From Eledone cirrhosa (Eukaryota), in the NCBI GenBank assembly GCA_964016885.1, contig OZ024743.1, positions 377,394,001 to 377,458,000 on the forward strand: 64,000 nt of DNA, in the 5' to 3' direction. Below, one piece after another: positions 38,359 to 50,922 of this stretch. The notes below the pieces were generated by a model. The model worked only from the letters and a program-made list of their open reading frames with translations. It searched no databases and was not told the DNA's origin. The translations under genes and the position numbers were made by a program. Numbering within the stretch: position 1 is the first letter of the stretch; every line of letters begins with the position of its first letter.

Positions 38359-38452
38359 ACACATACACAGTATTAAATTTCATATATAGTCTATTTTTAG
38401 GAGTGTAGAATTGTTATTTAGGGTAGAAAAGGAAGAGAGGTAGTGTTAAGAT

Positions 38453-38811
38453 TTAGTTGAAGGTTTGAAGTGTGAGAACTTCGCTTTTAGTTTATGCTGG
38501 CAAAAGATTGACCTTTCAATTTTGTTGTTGAGTAGTTGGTGGCCTGAGCTTAGGATATGGAAGAGCTCATTATTACACAACGGGCACGTTTTCATCCCAC
38601 TCCGGTATAGAGGAGCATGTGAGAGTTTGGTCCATTTAATGGTGTATTGTCGGTTACTCCCTTTTAAGTGCCAAATTTTGTCGGCGATTGTCGTTACGTA
38701 ACGGTGTTGGGGGTGCTTTATTGCGTAACGAGGCGTGTACCAACGAGTTTTGAAGGTGTTTGCAGTGCTGCCTATGTAGTGCCAGGTTTGGTTGTCCGAC
38801 TCAACCGAGCA
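38453..38811 (-). pseudogene. GIY-YIG endonuclease fragment of a second, divergent Hydra-type PLE (not in ORF track)
   Basis: Hand translation WHYIGSTANTFKTRW...TTIADKIWHLK..YTIKW..APLY....TCPLCNNELFHI...LLN......CQHKLK; collinear with the C-terminus of the 824-aa ORF. Confidence 0.8.
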
Positions 38812-39078
38812 CCCCTCTCTTTTGCCCCTCTCTCTCTGTCTGTTCCTCTATCTTACACTACTACCCCTTATTTCATTTCCTAAGGTCATTTCAACTTTGT
38901 ATTTTGAAAATTCGGATGCCACAGTATCTTTCTTGATTGCCTATTATTACATAGTGTAGCAATAATGGACTGAAATTCTGATGTAACAATTGTTAATACG
39001 TGGATTAAATCCTTTTGTAACTGTTTACCTTCGTCCTATTTCTCTTTTTTGATATATATATATATATATATATATATA

Positions 39079-39885
39079 ACTTTGATAACTTTGATAGGTT
39101 TCGGCCAGTATTGGCCCAAGCCACGTCTAACTTGATAGCACCACCTGACGAAGTCTTACAAATCAGGGTTTGGGCACCATGGCCCACTCAAGTAGAGAGT
39201 TATTGTTTGAGGAGGCATATCCGGATGTAGGAGGCTTATCCAGGATTTCTTGAAGGAATTTGTCCAAAGACTTCTTGAACTTGATGGGGTCTGTTTCTGT
39301 TTTGATGTGTTTTGGTGTAATGTTAAAGAGAGCAGAGCCAATTGAGGTGAAATAATTGTGCCGTATTGTTATGAGATGCAAGTGAGATTTTTGTCGTGGG
39401 AGGATAGCATGGGGCCCAAGCTTTGGGTGTACCTTAAAGGTGATGCCAAAATCATTTGGGCAAAGCTGATGGAATATATTCCACATCATACAGATAATGT
39501 AGCGCCCACGGCGACGTTGGAGTGAATAAAGGTTCAAGCTTTTCCAATCGACTCCAACAGTCAAGGCCTGTCATGCCAACTATCTTTTTTGTAATCGATC
39601 TTTGAGGTGCTTCAACTTTCATGATACTTTGTTTCGTGTGGGGAGACCACAGTGGACAACAGTATTCAAGGTGGGGTCGGGCAAAAGTGGTGAAGAGAAA
39701 GATAACAGTGTGGATATCTATCGACTTGAAAGTTCTGAGACTCCAGGAACACATTCTGCGAGCCATGTCAACTTTGCTGTTTATATGAGTGGCCCAGCTT
39801 ATGTTGTTGTTCACAATTACTCCCAGTTCTCTGATGTTGTTGGCTACCACGAGAGTTTCACCTGAAGGGAGAGAGTATGGTAGTT
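39079..39885 (-). mobile_element. 5'-truncated CR1-group LINE relic with 3' stem-loop and (TATCAAAGT)2 tail
   Basis: RELGVIV..SW..HI, RPHLEYCCPLWSP, VEAPQR, RLEKL/LYSLQRRR; ggcca-atac-tggcc hairpin near the 3' end. Confidence 0.8.
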
Positions 39886-39972
39886 TCAGGATATATATAT
39901 ATATGATATATATATTACACACCACACACATATTATATATATATATATATATATATATGATATATATATATT

Positions 39973-40017
<45 letters not shown>

Positions 40018-40038
40018 TATAGATATTATATATATATG

Positions 40039-40171
<133 letters not shown>

Positions 40172-40357
40172 GATAAATCTAACAAAATTTTACGATAGTG
40201 TCCAATCCGTATGAAGAACTCAATGTAATCCGGATATCATGAAAAGAGAAGATGCATTCAAAAACTACTTTCGGTGAAAAATAAACGGAAAACAGAGTCA
40301 AGATAAATTAATAAAATAATGAATAAACAAAGAAACAGTTCCTTATATTAAAAAAAT

Positions 40358-40499
40358 TCATCATTTTACGATCGTTTCTAGGATATATATGTGTTAGAGT
40401 TGGTATGCATATTTTATAGATCTATGTACAATATTTATACAAACTATCAGAGGGAATATACATACCTACACATATATATGCTGTCTTCAGAAATAATGA
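40358..40499 (-). ncRNA. Hammerhead ribozyme with ~105-nt stem II in the PLE 3' region
   Basis: Inverted copy of 46512-46651. Confidence 0.7.
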
Positions 40500-41218
40500 T
40501 ATTTGTTTATTGAAAATAACAAAGATTCAATACAATAGGTCTGTTTGGGAACAGGTTTTGAATTGACCAATCAGGAGATAGTGAGGGTCAAGATAGTAAT
40601 ATAGTATTAGAAGAACCTTAAATTATGGGTAGAGGAAGGTAGATTTCAGTTTTGGATGGAAAAGAATATTATGAATGAAGGATTATTTTAGGGAAGAAAT
40701 AGGTCTTATGCTGAACTCAGAAATGATTTTATTTGTTCATTGAATAAAACCAACAAAGATCTAATATATTCTGTCTGTTTGGTAAGAGGTTTAGAATTAA
40801 CCAATAGAGAGTTAATAATTGGCCAAATGGTAAAATAGTAGTAATTGAAGCTTATTTTAGGGGTGAAAATAGGTCAGGTGGTGAGTAAAAGGTATACAAG
40901 CAGTTGCTGTTATAAAATAGTAATGCCAATACAAATATCTAAGGTGACCAAAGTTTTAAGATAAGAATGTTAGTGACAAAAAATACATCTATGAAAAGAA
41001 TATAAAATTAATTTAATTGATGGGTATATTTATATTGATAAAATTATACTAATACATATAGATATGATAAATAAGAGTTAGATGCAGTTGAAAAGTGCTG
41101 TTAAAGATAAGGGGAAATTAAAAGAATATGAAAATAATATATATATATATATACTTATATATATATATATATACATATACATATACACATATATACACAT
41201 ACACACATATATATATAT

Positions 41219-41537
41219 GGTGGCTGCCAACTCGTTTTCGAGTACGGCCACTACTTTACATCCATGTAGGAGAACCCCCATCGATGCGCTAAACAAGTGT
41301 GACTTTTTAGTCCAGCCAGCGACTTGAAAACTCTGGTACAAACACTACCCCTGTGACAACCATTGACACACAGTGCTGGGCCCATGGTACCATGTGACGA
41401 CAAGTGCAGAGAGATCTCCAGATATAAAGCAATGCCTGTGCCGTGAAGCTTTTATAGTGAGTAAAGGCACTGCACAAAGTCAGTCCCACTCTCTTAGCCA
41501 AGATGATATTTACCTAAAAGAAGAACAAGTCAACATC
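41219..41537 (-). mobile_element. 5'-truncated copy of the bipartite RTE derivative, inserted in one PLE arm only
   Basis: Homologous to 24504-24820; absent from the matching (TA)n at about 45790-45820. Confidence 0.85.
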
Positions 41538-41562
41538 ATATATATACATACATATACATACA

Positions 41563-41652
<90 letters not shown>

Positions 41653-42157
41653 TATACACATACAGACACACACATACACACATATATATATATATGCACA
41701 TACATATATATATATATACACACATATATACATACATATATACGCACGTACATGCACACATACATACACATATATATACACACACATACACACTTATATA
41801 TACATATAATTATTGGGGGGGGGTTAAATTTATTAGTGAGAAATAGTAAATATATATAGTTTTCAAGGAACATAGATTCATAACCTGAAGTTAAAGCATT
41901 ATATATGTTTACTTAATGGTATCAGTTTTAGGAAATGATATTTGTAAGAAGGAAAGTAAAATTATGTAGTTCATCAGTAGTAGAATATTAATTATAGGTT
42001 AACTAAATTAAAAATAGTTTATATATTAATTTCTAAAGTGTATATTAATTAGGTTTATAATATTTAAAGCAGAATTATGTAGTTCATCAGTAGTAGAATA
42101 TTAATTACAGGTTAACTAAATTAAAAATAATTTATATATTAATTTCTAAAGTGTATA

Positions 42158-44632
42158 TTAATTAGGTTTATAATATTTAAATGTTTTTCTCAGTTTATGA
42201 TTACACGATATTATTAATTCCTGTCGCTTATTTAATAGGATATCCTTAGATTTCATTATTTCGAAAAGTTCTTGGGAACATAATCTACATTCATTTCTAC
42301 TATTTTGATAAGGGGTGGCCCTTTTGAGCACACTCCGGGTTAGGTCATATTCTATATTCCTCTTTCTATAACTATTAATTATTTCAGCTAGAGATGTTGT
42401 ATTAGCTAGTGCGGCATTTTTAAAACTATGTTTGTGGGTATTAAATCTTACCTTAAAATTGTTAGAGGTAGCTCCTATATATGAATAAATTGAGTCCTTA
42501 GTGTTAACTTTACATTTATATACTATGTTATTAACAAGGCAATTTCCTTTTAATGGACAGTTTGCCTTGTTTCTACAGTTACAACTTTTCGTGAATCCTG
42601 TATCTGAGGAGATATTATGGTTAGTTTGATGTACTGGTGGTATACTCATGGTTTTTTTACATTTATATGCATTATAGGCACTTATATTTTGTTTTATGTT
42701 TTTGGTTGTTGAGTAGGAGAATTTAACCGTTGATCTATTTAAGATTTGATGGTATTTGTGGTTTGGCGGGAAGTTTTTCTCTAGGATATTAAAGAATTTT
42801 TTAGGTATATTATCCTTAATTTGTAAATTAAATGGAGCATTATACCATGTAACACGTCTATTACGGTTTCGATGTTGTTTATTGTTTTTATAGGATGCAT
42901 CCTGATGTATATTAAGAGAATTATTGTTAATGACCTCTCCACACACATTTTTAGTTAGATTTATTGATTTAGGCGTTTTAGCTTGTTTATTAGGAGTTTT
43001 ATTATTAACATTTATTAGAGTTGTAGGATGAGTAGTTTTTTGAGAGTTACTATACTGTATATTAGAAGAGTTAGAGAAATTTGGTTTTATGTTGGTGTTT
43101 TGGGGTATAGTGTGAGTGGCATTTAGGTGTGTATGTTTCATTTGGTGTTTGTTGGTAATATTAGGTTGTATGTTTGTAGTGTTATTGGTAGAAGGTATAT
43201 ATACTAATCTATTTTTGTGGCCACTTCTAGCTAGAGCTTTGTTATAAAAGGTCGCATTTTTATCAAATACATCTTGGTTAGACGAAAGGTTAGAAATTCT
43301 AAGTGATATATTATATGCAAGGTTTTTAAGGATAGATTTAGGGTGATTAGATTGTGAGTGTATGTAGTGTAAATTTTGGTTGGGTTTATGGTAAGGTTGG
43401 TAGATACCCGTAGATAAGTCTAATGTTATATCTAGGAAATTAACTACTTTACTTGTGTTTTCAAATGTAATATCTAGACTATAATAGTCTTTAAGGAAAG
43501 TTCTAATAAGCTTTTTATTTTTTTCTATCTCTGAGAGGCTAAGGTTATTGGAAAGAAGAAGACAGTCGTCACGATATAAACCACCTTTAAGGTGGGGAAA
43601 GGAAGCATTTATGTTAAAAAGAAGAAAGAGGCCCACAAGATCAGTAATTTGGGCAGAATCGCTTGAGCCCATAGTAATATCGAATAGATTACTATATGTG
43701 TTTCTGGTCCAGTATTCATTCTGAAATTCCAATGGTGTTAGTCTAGCATGTGTAATAATATTAATGTCATCCAATGTTAAGTTAGATCTATTTTTAGCAA
43801 ATATCAAAGCTTTGTTCAGGAGTATAGGTGATATAGAAGAAGAATAATTATCTATATCAAATTGTAGAAATGAAGCAGAGGATTTATTTCTAATATTATT
43901 AAACCAGTTAATTACCTGGGATGTGTTTTCCCAGAGTGGTAAATTAACATGTTTTCTTAGTTGTGGGATGACTCTATCTAAAATGTTTTTACTAATTATT
44001 CCAATATCAGATTTGGAAGGGCATATAAGCCTTATAGAAGGATTAGAGTTAAAGTAAGATTTATGATCTTTCAGGTTGAAGTGTGGTCTTTTCAATGCCA
44101 AAGGTTCAGTTCTATCTTCAATATTAAGTCTATTCACTATGCTGTGTGTTTTGTTGTTGATGTTGGTAAGTGACGCATTATTTGTTTTTCTATAATTTTT
44201 CCTGAGTTCTTTATATATGAACTCATTGTAATTTTCAATATCCATGTGATATAGATTTCCAGTTTTGTCCGAGTGGACATGGATTTTTTTAGATTTTTTT
44301 AGGTCCAATAGGGTAGAATCAAGGTCCTTTTGAAAATTAGATTTATACCTCTTAAATTTGAGGTGTTTGATTAAATTAAAAAGGTCTTTCTCAAAGTTTT
44401 CAAGTAAGGAGTTGTGTGGTGGATTTTTATATGTAGTGAAATCATACAGATATTTCCTATCAGTACATTTTGATTTTTTATCGAAGTGGTAGGCCCTCCA
44501 TCTGATTCTTCTGATAAATTGGTTGGTTTTTTGTATCATAAGAAGTAAGAAATCATCCTTAGAAGGTAATGGTATATTCTTTAAAGAAGTTCCCAAGTAT
44601 TGTTTTTCCATTGTGATATGGATAATGGACAA
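42158..44632 (-). CDS. Penelope-like RT + GIY-YIG endonuclease, 824 aa, uninterrupted
   Basis: SDKTGN, PSIRLI, FLQFDI, FDITMGS.DSAQITDLVG, GLYRDD, VNFLDITL, YHKPN..YIH..SNHP, CNCRNKANCPLKGNC, IVY..YIG, CRLC..E, LLNKR.E...C.H. Confidence 0.93.
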   Translation of the reverse strand: MSIIHITMEKQYLGTSLKNIPLPSKDDFLLLMIQKTNQFIRRIRWRAYHFDKKSKCTDRKYLYDFTTYKNPPHNSLLENFEKDLFNLIKHLKFKRYKSNFQKDLDSTLLDLKKSKKIHVHSDKTGNLYHMDIENYNEFIYKELRKNYRKTNNASLTNINNKTHSIVNRLNIEDRTEPLALKRPHFNLKDHKSYFNSNPSIRLICPSKSDIGIISKNILDRVIPQLRKHVNLPLWENTSQVINWFNNIRNKSSASFLQFDIDNYSSSISPILLNKALIFAKNRSNLTLDDINIITHARLTPLEFQNEYWTRNTYSNLFDITMGSSDSAQITDLVGLFLLFNINASFPHLKGGLYRDDCLLLSNNLSLSEIEKNKKLIRTFLKDYYSLDITFENTSKVVNFLDITLDLSTGIYQPYHKPNQNLHYIHSQSNHPKSILKNLAYNISLRISNLSSNQDVFDKNATFYNKALARSGHKNRLVYIPSTNNTTNIQPNITNKHQMKHTHLNATHTIPQNTNIKPNFSNSSNIQYSNSQKTTHPTTLINVNNKTPNKQAKTPKSINLTKNVCGEVINNNSLNIHQDASYKNNKQHRNRNRRVTWYNAPFNLQIKDNIPKKFFNILEKNFPPNHKYHQILNRSTVKFSYSTTKNIKQNISAYNAYKCKKTMSIPPVHQTNHNISSDTGFTKSCNCRNKANCPLKGNCLVNNIVYKCKVNTKDSIYSYIGATSNNFKVRFNTHKHSFKNAALANTTSLAEIINSYRKRNIEYDLTRSVLKRATPYQNSRNECRLCSQELFEIMKSKDILLNKRQELIISCNHKLRKTFKYYKPN

Positions 44633-44709
44633 GAAAAAGAGCTCAACTATTTGTATATGGAGTTATAAAGTTATACACATATATGTATATATATATAAAT
44701 GAGTATACC

Positions 44710-45201
44710 ATGAGTATACCACCAGTACATCAAACTAACCATAATATCTCCTCAGATACAGGATTCACGAAAAGTTGTAACTGTAGAAACAAGGCAAACT
44801 GTCCATTAAAAGGAAATTGCCTTGTTAATAACATAGTATATAAATGTAAAGTTAACACTAAGGACTCAATTTATTCATATATAGGAGCTACCTCTAACAA
44901 TTTTAAGATAAGATTTAATACCCACAAACATAGTTTTAAAAATGCCGCACTAGCTTATACAACATCTCTAGCTGAAATAATTAATAGTTATAGAAAGAGG
45001 AATATAGAATATGACCTAACCTGGAGTGTGCTCAAAAGGGCCACCCCTTATCAAAATAGTAGAAATGAATGTAGATTATGTTCCCAAGAACTTTTCGAAA
45101 TAATGAAATCTAAGGATATCCTATTAAATAAGCGACAGGAATTAATAATATCGTGTAATCATAAACTGAGAAAAACATTTAAATATTATAAACCTAATTA
45201 A
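44710..45201 (+). pseudogene. Inverted duplicate of the GIY-YIG domain (part of the inverted pseudo-LTR)
   Basis: Matches the C-terminus of the 824-aa ORF except V/I, N/Y and R/W. Confidence 0.9.
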
Positions 45202-45400
45202 TATACACTTTAGAAATTAATATATAAATTATTTTTAATTTAGTTAACCTGTAATTAATATTCTACTACTGATGAACTACATAATTCTGCTTTAAATATT
45301 ATAAACCTAATTAATATACACTTTAGAAATTAATATATAAACTATTTTTAATTTAGTTAACCTATAATTAATATTCTACTACTGATGAACTACATAATTT
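45178..45400. repeat. 113-bp tandem duplication at the ORF end/3' UTR, mirrored at about 41960-42182
   Basis: tttaaatattataaacctaattaatatacac... starts at 45178 and 45291. Confidence 0.85.
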
Positions 45401-45715
45401 TACTTTCCTTCTTACAAATATCATTTCCTAAAACTGATACCATTAAGTAAACATATATAATGCTTTAACTTCAGGTTATGAATCTATGTTCCTTGAAAAC
45501 TATATATATTTACTATTTCTCACTAATAAATTTAACCCCCCCCCCCCCCAATAATTATATGTATATATAAACGTGTATGTGTGTGTATATATATGTGTAT
45601 GTATGTGTGCATGTACGTGCGTATATATGTATGTATATATGTGTGTATATATATATATATGTATGTGCATATATATATATATATATGTGTGTATGTGTGT
45701 GTCTGTATGTGTATA

Positions 45716-45773
<58 letters not shown>

Positions 45774-45785
45774 TGTATGTATATG

Positions 45786-45826
<41 letters not shown>

Positions 45827-46511
45827 ATATATGTATATATATATATATATATAAGTATATATATATATATATTATTTTCATATTCTTTTAATTTCCCCTT
45901 ATCTTTAACACCACTTTTCACAACTGCATCTAACTCTTATTTATCATATCTATATGTATTAGTATAATTTTATCAATATAAATATACCCATCAATTAAAT
46001 TAATTTTATATTCTTTTCATAGATGTATTTTTTGTCACTAACATTCTTATCTTAAAACTTTGGTCACCTTAGATATTTGTATTGGCATTACTATTTTATA
46101 ACAGCAACTGCTTGTATACCTTTTACTCACCACCTGACCTATTTTCACCCCTAAAATAAGCTTCAATTACTACTATTTTACCATTTGGCCAATTATTAAC
46201 TCTCTATTGGTTAATTCTAAACCTCTTACCAAACAGACAGAATATATTAGATCTTTGTTGGTTTTATTCAATGAACAAATAAAATTATTTCTGAGTTCAG
46301 CATAAGACCTATTTCTTCCCTAAAATAATCCTTCATTCATAATATTCTTTTCCATCCAAAACTGAAATCTACCTTCCTCTACCCATAATTTAAGGTTCTT
46401 CTAATACTATATTACTATCTTGACCCTCACTATCTCCTGATTGGTCAATTCAAAACCTGTTCCCAAACAGACCTATTGTATTGAATCTTTGTTATTTTCA
46501 ATAAACAAATA

Positions 46512-46651
46512 TCATTATTTCTGAAGACAGCATATATATGTGTAGGTATGTATATTCCCTCTGATAGTTTGTATAAATATTGTACATAGATCTATAAAAT
46601 ACATACCAACTCTAACACATATATATCCTAGAAACGATCGTAAAATGATGA
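46512..46651 (+). ncRNA. Hammerhead ribozyme with ~105-nt stem II (GUA cleavage, palindromic ACGATCGT stem III)
   Basis: tcattattt-CTGAAGA-c-agcatatatatgtgt..gtatgtat...atacatac..acacatatatatcct-a-GAAA-cgatcg-TA/aaatgatga. Confidence 0.72.
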
Positions 46652-46701
46652 ATTTTTTTTAATATAAGGAACTGTTTCTTTGTTTATTCATTATTTTATT
46701 A

Positions 46702-46746
<45 letters not shown>

Positions 46747-46757
46747 ATATATATATT

Positions 46758-46808
<51 letters not shown>

Positions 46809-46819
46809 ATATATATATG

Positions 46820-46853
<34 letters not shown>

Positions 46854-46873
46854 GACATATATACATATGTGTG

Positions 46874-46904
<31 letters not shown>

Positions 46905-46972
46905 CATATATGTATATATATATGTGTGTATATATATATAAATATATATAAATATGTGTGTGTGTATTATTA

Positions 46973-47042
<70 letters not shown>

Positions 47043-48235
47043 TACGTTTATATATGTACATATATATATGTGTGTGAGTGTATGCATATACGTATGTGCG
47101 TATATGCATATATATATATATTTACACACACACACATACACACATACGCAAAATATATATATGTGTGTATGTATGTGTGTGTGTGTGTTTGTAATATACA
47201 TCATACACACGCACTTTTTGTATGAGTGTGTACGCGAATTGTTGCGATTTCTTTTTATATGGACACAGTCAATGCTGATGCTATTGTCACTGTTGTTGCT
47301 ATTGTCACTGTTGTTGCCTTTTATTTTTATTATGCTTATTTTTTGGTCATTTTTTATTATCGTATGTTTTGTTTATTTCCCCTTTTATACTATTTTTCAA
47401 AATGTCGCTCGGTTATTCACGACCAACGACCTTGGCACGTAAACTATATCAGATTTCTAAAACGATGCGAAACTTACGCTTTCATTATTAAGTCCGATAG
47501 ACGATCTCTCTCTCTCCCTCCCTGTCACACCTTCTCTCTCCCTCTCTCTCTCTCTCAGCCTCTCTTTCATTATCTCTCCCTCATTCTCTCTACACTATCT
47601 CTCCCTCACTCTCTCTACCCTCTCTCTCCCTTTCACTCTTCTTTCGTCTCTATCTAACTTTAGCACACCCTTTCACTCTCTCCCTCTGCCTCGCTGTCTC
47701 CCTCTCTCTCTCTCTCTCTCAACCTCTCTTTCCCAATCTCTCCCTCTCTCTTGCGACCCTCTCTCTCTCTGTCTACCCTCTCTCTCGCTACCCTCTTTCT
47801 CTCTCTCTAATGTTTTAAACGATGGCAATTTATAAAAGACTTGCAAAATAAATTAAACAATTTCTAGACACCCCCCACCCACCCCCACCCACCTTCCGTC
47901 CTCTCACTACCACTTCCCTCTCCCTCCTCTACCTGCTTATCTAAAATTTCTATTTACCTTGGAAACAATTAATTTTGCCGCCAGATACCTTCTCACCCTT
48001 CTCCTCCTCCCCCGACCCCACATGCTGCGACCATTCACGACCTCCTCCCCTTCCTATTTTCTACAATGTCCCGTCGTTCAGTTGAAATAAGTGAAATCCT
48101 TTCTCTTTCAACTTATTTTACTTGTTTGACACGTGACATCCCGTGCATCAGTTTCAATCACGGAAGTTTCAAGATGGAGGGCGCAATCAATGGTGCGGAT
48201 GTAACCTCTTATATATATACTGAACTATTGTTAGA

Positions 48236-49425
48236 CGGTAGTGCAGGGCAGCGGGTTGGTAGAATCGATAGAGCATCACAAAGAATGCTTTGCGTTCTGG
48301 GTTCAAATCTCATCGAGGTCAACTTTGTCTTTCATCTGCCAGCTGTTGCATAAAATAAAGTACCAGTAACGCACTGGGGGTTAATGTAATTGTCTTTTCC
48401 CCTTGCCGTCAATTGCTGGCCTTGTGCCAAATTTATAAACCATTATTGTTATTATTTATGGGGCGGTGAATTGGCAGTATCGGTTGAGCGTCGGACAACA
48501 TGCTTTGCGGCATACAGTTACGGCCCTTTACGTTCTGAGTTCAAATCCCGCCGAGGTTAACTTTGCCTTTCATCCTTATGGGTCGATAAAATAAAGTACC
48601 AGTCACGCACTGGGGTCGATCTAATCGACTTCCCCCTCCCCCCAAATTACTGGCCTTGTGCCTATATAAGAAACCATTATTACGGTGTCGTGAATTGGCA
48701 GTATCGGTAGAGAGTTGGACGCCATGCTATGCAGTATAGAGTTACGCCCCTTTACGGTCTGAGTTCAAATCCCGCCGAGGTTAACTTCGCCTTTCATCCT
48801 TACGGGGGTCGATAAAATAGAGTACCAGTAATGCACTGGATAATTGTTGTGCCAAAAATAGAAACAATTATTACGGGGTCGATAAAATAAAATACCAGTT
48901 ACGCACTGGAGTCGATTTAATAGACTTTCTCCTGCCCCAAAATTGTTGGCCTTGTGCCTAAATCAGAAACCATTGTTAAGGGGCTGCTTGTGGTGGTGGA
49001 TTGGCAGAGTCATTAGAACGTTGAACAAAATGTTCTGCAATATTTCCTTACTCTCCCTAATGTTCTGCGTTCAAATTTCACCGAGATTACTTTTACCTTT
49101 CATCCTCCAGGGATTGATAAAATGTAGTACCAGTTATGACCTGGAGACGATATAATCGACTTTTTCCTTAACAAAAATTGCTTGCCTTGTGCCAATGCTA
49201 GAAATAATTATTACACAGCAATGCAGGGTGTTTAAATTAGGAGAATTGCTAGAGCGTCCCACAAAAATGTTTTGTGCTGTTTAGTTATAACTCTCTACGT
49301 TCTAAGTTCAAATATCTTCCTATCATCTGATAAAATAAAATACCAGTCCAATACTGAGATCGATTTAGCCGTCGTCCCCCTTCACCAACACTGCTGGCCT
49401 TGTGCCTGTGTCAGAAAACATTATT
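48236..49425 (+). mobile_element. Head-to-tail cluster of about 6 tRNA-derived SINE copies
   Basis: ggcggtgaattggcagtatcgg...gagttcaaatcccgccgaggttaactttgcctttcatcc...gtcgataaaataaagtaccag...ggccttgtgcc...gaaaccattatt. Confidence 0.87.
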
Positions 49426-49509
49426 ATACGGCAGAGAGCCGACAGGGGAAGCCTTGTTAGGTAAATTAGTGTTAACATATTTACTTATTTATTGCAGTGA
49501 ATAGCAATT

Positions 49510-49705
49510 AGATACCTGTCAACTCGCCCCATCCGACGGCGAGATCTCCTACCCACTTTGGGTTGAGTGAGAGATGTCTTCTCTTGTAAAAATGGGTATA
49601 TCTTTCATTATGTAAAATTCCCCTATTTTGCCTAATTTCTCTCCGTTTTGGAGTACTTTTTTTCATGGTACTCCTCGATTTGGTTTTTAGAGGTTGGCAG
49701 GTCTG
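49510..49705. mobile_element. Possible hAT-type MITE
   Basis: Imperfect TIRs gatacctgtcaact / aggttggcaggtctg; TSD not convincing. Confidence 0.4.
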
Positions 49706-50396
49706 CAATTAACAAACCAGAAATGATTACTGTGTTTGAATGCTTATCAGACGCATGGGCATATATGACCTCCATTATAATTAATTTCAACAGAGAATAT
49801 TCAGAAAATTATGTTTTGTGTAATTATGCATAAGTATGTATATATAAAACAATCACATCAGTTACCAAGTCAACAGTACTTTAACTGTATGGTCATATCA
49901 CTAAAAAGAAAGTCAACTGGTAAGAGAAGCAGAGGTTGACAGCCAAAACGGTGGGTTGATAATGTCAACTTATGGACTGGACTTAACCTTTAGCCTTTAA
50001 ACTCTGCTGTTGGTAATCGTATTTTATGGAGAATATCTCATGTTGATGCATAGTCTGCAACAGGCGGAGTGAGCGTCACGGAAGGAATGTACATAAAGAT
50101 CTTTAATACCTGACGTGGCCATATCGATACGACATGACATATAGTTTGTTTCGGGTATTTATACTGTCCCATTTCTTCTAGGAAAAGGGTGAGGGGTGAT
50201 GGTGGTAAAATGAGAAAGAGATATAGAGGAAGAACCGATCCCACTAATCGACTGGTACTTCCTGGAGTATTTATATAGAAATTAATAAATCACATGAATA
50301 CACCAATTTCGCAATCGATTAGCAGTTCTAGATGTGTATACTTACATGTCAGTTATATAAATATTGATCCTTGAATTGCGAAATTGGTGTATTCAT

Positions 50397-50469
<73 letters not shown>

Positions 50470-50699
50470 GGGGGGGTGTACGTGTGTGTGTGTGTATACA
50501 TCCATACTGTTTCCATCCATCAAATTTCACTCAGAAGACATTGCTCAACCCGAAGCCAGAGTAGAAGACATTTGACCAAGATGCTACCCACCGAGAGACT
50601 ATTCGAAAGCTGCGTGATTGCGAAGCAAACTGCTTCGAGTACACATGCATGCTTGCACCTATTGGAAAATAGAAAGATTTGCAAATGGTTCTAAAATAT

Positions 50700-50922
50700 A
50701 GATTTCTAATTTAGGTATAAGGCTAGCAAATTTGTGGGGCAGAACAAATTTGATTAAGTCAATCACAGTACTTGACTGCTATTTTATTGTATTAAACCCG
50801 GAAGGGTGAAAGATAAAGTTACCCTCGGCAGGATTTGAACTCAGGGTGTAAAGAGCCAGAATAAATACCGCAATAGAATTCTATCCGACCGACGCCCTCC
50901 CAATTTCTACCAATCCAGTGCC
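50700..50922 (-). mobile_element. Diverged SINE copy
   Basis: aaagttaccctcggcaggatttgaactcag. Confidence 0.75.

Noticed and set aside
39095-39155. CTGACGA and a ggcca/tggcc-GAAA hairpin near each other
   Set aside because: They are on opposite strands; the hairpin is the CR1-type 3' stem-loop
45260-45400. CTGATGA in the 113-bp tandem duplication (mirrored at 41972 and 42083)
   Set aside because: No stem II or GAAA follows, so it is not a hammerhead
48460-48560. tRNA-like A and B boxes
   Set aside because: SINE heads; I could not form a cloverleaf, so not called as tRNA genes
50289-50402. 27-bp inverted repeat beside (TA)n
   Set aside because: Real but short; probably another element-terminus inversion, with no ribozyme or ORF to classify it
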